NCBI GenBank assembly: GCA_963681965.1
Contig: OY820579.1
Span: forward strand, 992,001 to 1,056,000
Origin: a bacterium
GTDB lineage: Bacteria > Electryoneota > JAOADG01
Direction of reading: 5' to 3'
DNA: 64,000 nt
Below are positions 58,768-64,000 of the stretch, piece by piece. Made by a program: the position numbers and the translations under genes. Under the pieces are notes generated by a model. It did not search any database. It was not told the origin of the DNA and worked only from the letters and a program-made list of their open reading frames with translations. The stretch's first letter is position 1. The number at the start of each line of letters is the position of its first letter.

Positions 58768-60612
58768 ATGAAAACGATATATAAATACTCTATAGCTGTG
58801 CTGATCTTGGTTGTGAGCTTTCAACTGTTTGTTGCGTGCGGCAAAAAACAACCTAAACCAGTACAGGATCAATCGGTTTCGCAGAATTCCAATCAACCCA
58901 ATCCGACTCCGCAAAAAATCGAATCGAAACCTCAAGTTCATGTCGGTGACGTATCCGATCATGCGGGTGGAGTTGGTGGTTCGGGAAAACTGGCATTAAA
59001 CGATATGAATAGCGTTCAAGCCGAGCAGTTGTTGAGTTCGGCGCCGATGAGTAAAAAGTCGGTCGGTGTATTCGCATCCGGCGGGTTGGGTGGATATAGT
59101 GGCAACGTCAATCAAGGCGGTGCCGGTTTGGCGTGTCGGATTGCACCAAATTTTTGTCCACCCACTCAGGGACATTTCAATCGGGAAGAGTATACACATA
59201 TCAGCGAAGCCGATTTTCTTCGGGTGAAAGATAATCCACTATCGACTTTCTCGATCGATGTCGATGCGGCATCGTACAGTAATGTGCGCCGATTTTTGAG
59301 AAGTGGTCAGCTTCCACCGAAAGATGCCGTTCGAATTGAGGAACTGGTCAATTATTTCCCCTACCACTATCCCGAACCGGATGGCGACCACCCGTGTTCG
59401 ATCACCACGAATTTGGCAGAATGCCCGTGGAAATCCGATCATCTTTTATTGCATATCGGCATTAAAGCTAGATCGATTTGTGTGGAAGAAGCGCCGGCAA
59501 ATAATCTAGTATTTCTTCTTGATGTATCAGGCTCGATGGCAGATTACAACAAGCTTCCGTTGGTCAAACGCGCCTTCCAATTGTTAGTGGAAGAATTACG
59601 ACCGATCGATCGAATCGCGATTGTAACGTATGCGGGAAACAGCCGATTGGCATTACCATCAACTTGCGGATCGAACAAACGACATATACTTCAAGCGATC
59701 AATGAACTGGAAGCGGGTGGTTGCACTGCAGGTGCATCTGGCATCCAGTTAGCGTATCGGATTGCACGCGAAAATTATCGATCAAATGGCAATAACCGAG
59801 TGATTCTTGCAACCGATGGTGATTTCAATGTCGGTGTGTCGAGTTCTAGTGATTTAGTGCGAATGATTGAGGAAAAGCGAAAATCCGGCATATTCCTGAC
59901 CGTTCTTGGCTTTGGCGAAGGGAATCTGCAAGATGGTAAAATGGAGCAACTCGCCGATAAGGGAAATGGACAATACCACTATATCGATAATATCCTAGAA
60001 GCCAGAAAGGTATTTGTCAACGAGTTAGGTGGAACGCTCTCGACAGTGGCGAAGGATGTGAAGATCCAGGTGGAATTCAATCCGAGTCGGGTGCAGGCAT
60101 ATCGCCTCGTCGGATACGAAAACCGGGCATTGCGAAACGAAGAATTCAATGACGATAAAAAAGATGCCGGCGATATGGGTGCAGGACATACTGTCACTGC
60201 ATTGTACGAGCTAATACCAACCGGAGTAAAAACGAATTTTCCGTCGATCGATCCGTTGCGTTACCAATCCAAACAAGAAACTCGAGAGGATGAATTCAAT
60301 GGTGAGTGGTCGTTGGTCAAGCTCCGTTACAAAGAACCCAAAGGGAATGAAAGTCGATTGATTACCCAACCGGTCACCGGAATTCCATATTCGATCAATC
60401 GAGTGCGGGAAGATACCCGATTTGCAGCATCGGTTGCCGCTTTCGGGATGCTCCTCCGGTCGTCTAATCACAAAGGGCATGCATCGTTTCCAATGGTGCT
60501 AGAGTTGGCGCGAAGCTCCTTTGGAGACGATCCTGAAGGGTATCGACATGAGTTTATTCGACTTGCCGAAACTGCTGAATCATTAATGAAATGCGTTCCT
60601 GAAAGCGACTAG
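58768..60612 (+). CDS. YfbK-like von Willebrand factor A lipoprotein
   Basis: Lipobox VAC; PLSTFSIDVDAASYSNVRR, MIDAS DVSGSM, ILATDGDFNVG, AKDVKIQVEFNP, GYENR, DAGDMGAGH. Confidence 0.93.
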   Translation: MKTIYKYSIAVLILVVSFQLFVACGKKQPKPVQDQSVSQNSNQPNPTPQKIESKPQVHVGDVSDHAGGVGGSGKLALNDMNSVQAEQLLSSAPMSKKSVGVFASGGLGGYSGNVNQGGAGLACRIAPNFCPPTQGHFNREEYTHISEADFLRVKDNPLSTFSIDVDAASYSNVRRFLRSGQLPPKDAVRIEELVNYFPYHYPEPDGDHPCSITTNLAECPWKSDHLLLHIGIKARSICVEEAPANNLVFLLDVSGSMADYNKLPLVKRAFQLLVEELRPIDRIAIVTYAGNSRLALPSTCGSNKRHILQAINELEAGGCTAGASGIQLAYRIARENYRSNGNNRVILATDGDFNVGVSSSSDLVRMIEEKRKSGIFLTVLGFGEGNLQDGKMEQLADKGNGQYHYIDNILEARKVFVNELGGTLSTVAKDVKIQVEFNPSRVQAYRLVGYENRALRNEEFNDDKKDAGDMGAGHTVTALYELIPTGVKTNFPSIDPLRYQSKQETREDEFNGEWSLVKLRYKEPKGNESRLITQPVTGIPYSINRVREDTRFAASVAAFGMLLRSSNHKGHASFPMVLELARSSFGDDPEGYRHEFIRLAETAESLMKCVPESD

Positions 60613-60641
60613 TCATCTGATTTTTTTAATAATCATTTCAC

Positions 60642-60682
60642 CCCACTCGATAAGTACTGTGATTTACAGATGTTCGAGTGGG
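60642..60682 (+). terminator. Hairpin after vWA gene
   Basis: CCCACTCGA...TCGAGTGGG inverted repeat; weak T-tail. Confidence 0.4.
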
Positions 60683-60930
60683 ATGTACTGCGTCATAGAA
60701 AGATAAAATGCGATTTTTGTGAATCGGTGATAAAAATCACATATAAATACCGAAAAACTATGGCGATTATTATGGAATTCGAGTATTTTATAGTAATTAG
60801 CTTTCTAACCTGACTCTTTGCCTGCTACGCCTCGATTACCGGTTTGTCATTTTGCTTGAATTTCCCACCCACTCTGTTGATTCGCCAAGATGGCAACTTT
60901 CAGAGTGGATTCCATTGAACGGAGACGACC

Positions 60931-63900
60931 ATGAGCAGCTCTCCTTATTATCGATTTTGTTTGATTGCACTGTGGATGTTATGCGCGGCAATCAATGCTT
61001 TTGCTGTCCCACTGACCGGTTCGTATTCGATTGGGGCTCTTGCATCCGATTACCCCTCATTTTCCGCAGCGGTGAGTGCGTTATCCACTTCAGGTGTTGG
61101 TACCGGTGGTGTCGTCTTTTCAGTACGAACCGGAATCTACCGTGAGCATGTGACTATTCCACCGATACCGAATGCGTCACAAATGAATCAAATCGTCTTT
61201 CAAAAAGAACTAGGTCCGGTAGAGATCCGCTATACTGGGACTTCGGGTACAAGTGATGCCGTTGTGACACTGATGGGGAGCGATTGGATAACCTTCGACG
61301 GAATCGATGTTCGCGATGGCGGTGACAATAGTCTCAACTATACCGAATTCGGCTATTACCTTCAAGGGGCATCGGCGACCGACGGTGTTTCGCACAATCG
61401 CATTCAGAACTGCAGTATTATTCTGAATCGAGTCAATTCCTACTCACGCGGTATCTACTCTGAGCACACCGTGAGTCCTTCTTCGCCGGAAGGGGGTAAT
61501 AGTTACAATGCAGTTCTTAATATCGTTATTTCAAATGCATTCTATGGGATCTATCTGAAAGGATCGAACACCAATTACGATATCGGTAATGAAATCGGTA
61601 GCAGTATTGCCGGTTTGACCAATACCAATCGGACATTTATCGGTTCGGGAGGAACCGATGATATTGGTGGATCGTCCGTTGTAGTGCAGGTGCCGGCAGG
61701 TGTCCAGTGTCAGTATCAAAGCGAACTCAATATCCACGATCTCGATATTGGCAATGTCACCTCAACCACCAATTTTGCCGCTGGAATTTCAATTCAGAAT
61801 GCTTCGGGAAATGTGACGATATCCGGAAACCGGATCTTCAATATCCGGCATAATTCAACGACCACCGCGAATTATGGTGCTTATGGTATCAATGTCAGCG
61901 CGAGTACACAAGCGACAACCAAGATATTTAACAACATCGTTGACAATTTAAATACCTCGCGAACGGTCGAGACAGCGAGTGTCTTGCTGCAGGGAATCTC
62001 TGTCAATACCGGTACGGTATATCTGGATAACAATACGATTTACCTATCACCACTCACAATCGGAGCGAGTAACTGTTGTTTGATGCTGCAGGGCGGCAAT
62101 CTGGCGATTCGGAACAATATCCTCTTTAACGGAACGCTTCCTCAGACGACAGCCAAACATTATGCGATACTGTACAATGCCGGTACACTTGCACCATCGA
62201 GCAATAACCTATTTTCTTGCACACTCAATGGAAATGGTTTTGTCGGTCGATCGAGTAATGTTGATCGAATGTATCTAATGGATTGGTCGAATGCGACCGG
62301 TCAAGATCTGAATTCATCGTTTGCCAATCCGCAATTTATCAACCCATCGACAAACGATTTTCATATTCAGGCAACAACCTCATCGAATGCGATGTTCCGG
62401 GCAGTACCAGTGCCGTGGGTTGGTCAAGACATCGATGCCGAAGCGCGAAATCTGAACACTCCCGCAATCGGCGCCGATGAACCGTTGGCACTTCAATTAA
62501 TCCGTCCGAATGGATTGGAAGTATTTACGATTGGAAATCCTGATTCGATCCAATTTAAGATGTCGGGTCAAACCCCAGTACGGATTGAATTAAATCGCAA
62601 CTATCCATCGTCGACTTGGGAGATTCTCACTGCCGGTGTTCCCAATAACTCGATGCAATGGATTTGGAGTAGTGTATATGGTCCATCCACCAATTTGGCG
62701 AGAGTCAGAGTAGTATCGTTATCGAATCCCGCAGTTGGCGATACTTGCGATAACAATTTTTCGATTATTGGAACCGCACGATTGCAACTATCTCGACCGA
62801 ATGGCAACGAAGTTTTTGTCATAGGACAATCCGATACGACCCGGTGGATCGCAGAGTATGTCTCAGGATTGGTCAGAATTGAATTGAATCGAAATTATCC
62901 GAACGATGTCTGGGAAATACTCGACTCGAATACCGAGTTGACCCAACAATTTTGGGTTTGGAACCCGGTCGGTGGTATGCCATCATCGACTGCTAGAATT
63001 CGATTAACGGCAATTCAGAATTCAACCATCAGTGCGATTTCTGAAAATGATTTTACGCTCATGCCGCCAATGCTCCAGCTTTTTCAACCGAATGGCGGTG
63101 AATATTTACCGATCGGTCAGCAGTGGACGATCGGCTGGATGTCGAATCTTCCCGGATTCTATCGATTGCAATTAAACCGCAATTTTCCCGCAGGCACATG
63201 GGAAATCATTCAAGATAATCTTCAGAATGTCGGATCTACTGTTTGGAATGTCTCGGGAGCTGCAACTACTAACGCGCGATTTAGATTACTATCGATAACT
63301 TATCCAGCGCTCGGTGATACTTCCGACGGTGACTTCTCAATCGTTCAACCTTATATCTCGATCCTCTCTCCGATCGGTGGCGAAATACTTCCGATCAATC
63401 AAATTGCAACGATTAATTGGGCGGGACGCTATTTTTCCGGTAACGTTCACATCTTACTGAATCGCACTTATCCACTGAATAACTGGGATACCCTGTTCGC
63501 GAATATTCCCAATAACGGGTCAATTGATTGGGTCGTATCCGGACCGTCATCAGTTCTCGGTAGGATAAAAATATTATCGGTGGATAACCCATCCATCAAT
63601 GCCACGAACGGCAATAATTTTACAATTCTGTCAACATCGTTGAATGTAACCCCCAATTCCATTGATTTTGGTAATCAAGCGGTGAAGACAATCGATTCGA
63701 GCTTGATTGCAATCTATCAACCGAATGGATTGGGATTCAGTTATCACTCGATTTCCGGTGGAAATTCCGGCTCATTTTCATCGCGAATTGTCAATCGGGA
63801 TACTATGATTCTTGGTTCCGATTCACTGCAAATTTGGGTTCGCTTCAAACCGGATACTGTTCTTACTTATCAAGATACTGTTCGGATCGAATGCAATGCA

Positions 63901-64000
63901 CCTTATGGATCAATAGCGATTCCTATTTCAGGAAATGGTATCGGGTACTATCTGACAGTTTACCCCGATATTGCTCAGTTTCCGGGGTACACCGCCCCCG
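60931..64000 (+). CDS. Large secreted protein, 3'-truncated: right-handed beta-helix, choice-of-anchor Q-like motif, four Ig-like repeats, ASH/choice-of-anchor D-like domain
   Basis: Absent from the ORF track because there is no stop before the window end. GGAG RBS, ATG 60931, MSSSPYYRFCLIALWMLCAAINAFA signal; NPQF...DFHI...DID..R...PAIGADE; repeats PNG.E...ELNRNYP..TWE; VTPNSIDFG. Confidence 0.85.
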   Translation, partial: MSSSPYYRFCLIALWMLCAAINAFAVPLTGSYSIGALASDYPSFSAAVSALSTSGVGTGGVVFSVRTGIYREHVTIPPIPNASQMNQIVFQKELGPVEIRYTGTSGTSDAVVTLMGSDWITFDGIDVRDGGDNSLNYTEFGYYLQGASATDGVSHNRIQNCSIILNRVNSYSRGIYSEHTVSPSSPEGGNSYNAVLNIVISNAFYGIYLKGSNTNYDIGNEIGSSIAGLTNTNRTFIGSGGTDDIGGSSVVVQVPAGVQCQYQSELNIHDLDIGNVTSTTNFAAGISIQNASGNVTISGNRIFNIRHNSTTTANYGAYGINVSASTQATTKIFNNIVDNLNTSRTVETASVLLQGISVNTGTVYLDNNTIYLSPLTIGASNCCLMLQGGNLAIRNNILFNGTLPQTTAKHYAILYNAGTLAPSSNNLFSCTLNGNGFVGRSSNVDRMYLMDWSNATGQDLNSSFANPQFINPSTNDFHIQATTSSNAMFRAVPVPWVGQDIDAEARNLNTPAIGADEPLALQLIRPNGLEVFTIGNPDSIQFKMSGQTPVRIELNRNYPSSTWEILTAGVPNNSMQWIWSSVYGPSTNLARVRVVSLSNPAVGDTCDNNFSIIGTARLQLSRPNGNEVFVIGQSDTTRWIAEYVSGLVRIELNRNYPNDVWEILDSNTELTQQFWVWNPVGGMPSSTARIRLTAIQNSTISAISENDFTLMPPMLQLFQPNGGEYLPIGQQWTIGWMSNLPGFYRLQLNRNFPAGTWEIIQDNLQNVGSTVWNVSGAATTNARFRLLSITYPALGDTSDGDFSIVQPYISILSPIGGEILPINQIATINWAGRYFSGNVHILLNRTYPLNNWDTLFANIPNNGSIDWVVSGPSSVLGRIKILSVDNPSINATNGNNFTILSTSLNVTPNSIDFGNQAVKTIDSSLIAIYQPNGLGFSYHSISGGNSGSFSSRIVNRDTMILGSDSLQIWVRFKPDTVLTYQDTVRIECNAPYGSIAIPISGNGIGYYLTVYPDIAQFPGYTAP

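Overview
Bacterial chromosomal window of moderate GC. Secreted proteins ending in a YPNPFN (T9SS type-A/FlgD-like) domain suggest an FCB-group lineage; this is inference only. Left part (1-17.8 kb): housekeeping and envelope genes (SDR39U1/YfcH fragment, orphan pgsW head-to-head with a lipoprotein GGT, FGE-domain lipoprotein, MBL hydrolase, hpt, GGDEF, TPR-TlpA, yidC, ECF sigma/anti-sigma/triple-repeat protein). Middle: a 2938-aa surface protein with 27 Ig-like repeats and a PL26/YetA-like protein. The dominant feature is a ~23 kb purine-catabolism and molybdenum-cofactor supercluster (31.1-54.3 kb): xdhAB, a single-chain DPD-like reductase, ssnA, ygeY, a ThrC-like enzyme, hydA, a second FAD-less Mo-hydroxylase, ygeW, a CysK-like enzyme, mocA, xdhC, moaA, moaC-moaB, moeA, MOSC and TSUP. 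It resembles the anaerobic urate/2,8-dioxopurine pathway, but ygfK, dpaL/ygeX, the selenium genes and moaDE are absent from the window and appear to be replaced. A compact structured 5' leader (riboswitch candidate) precedes it. Right end: NarX/NarL-type two-component system, AgmX/PglI(TonB-like) and YfbK vWA genes, and a truncated beta-helix/Ig-repeat surface protein missing from the ORF track. No rRNA, tRNA, CRISPR array or transposase was found.
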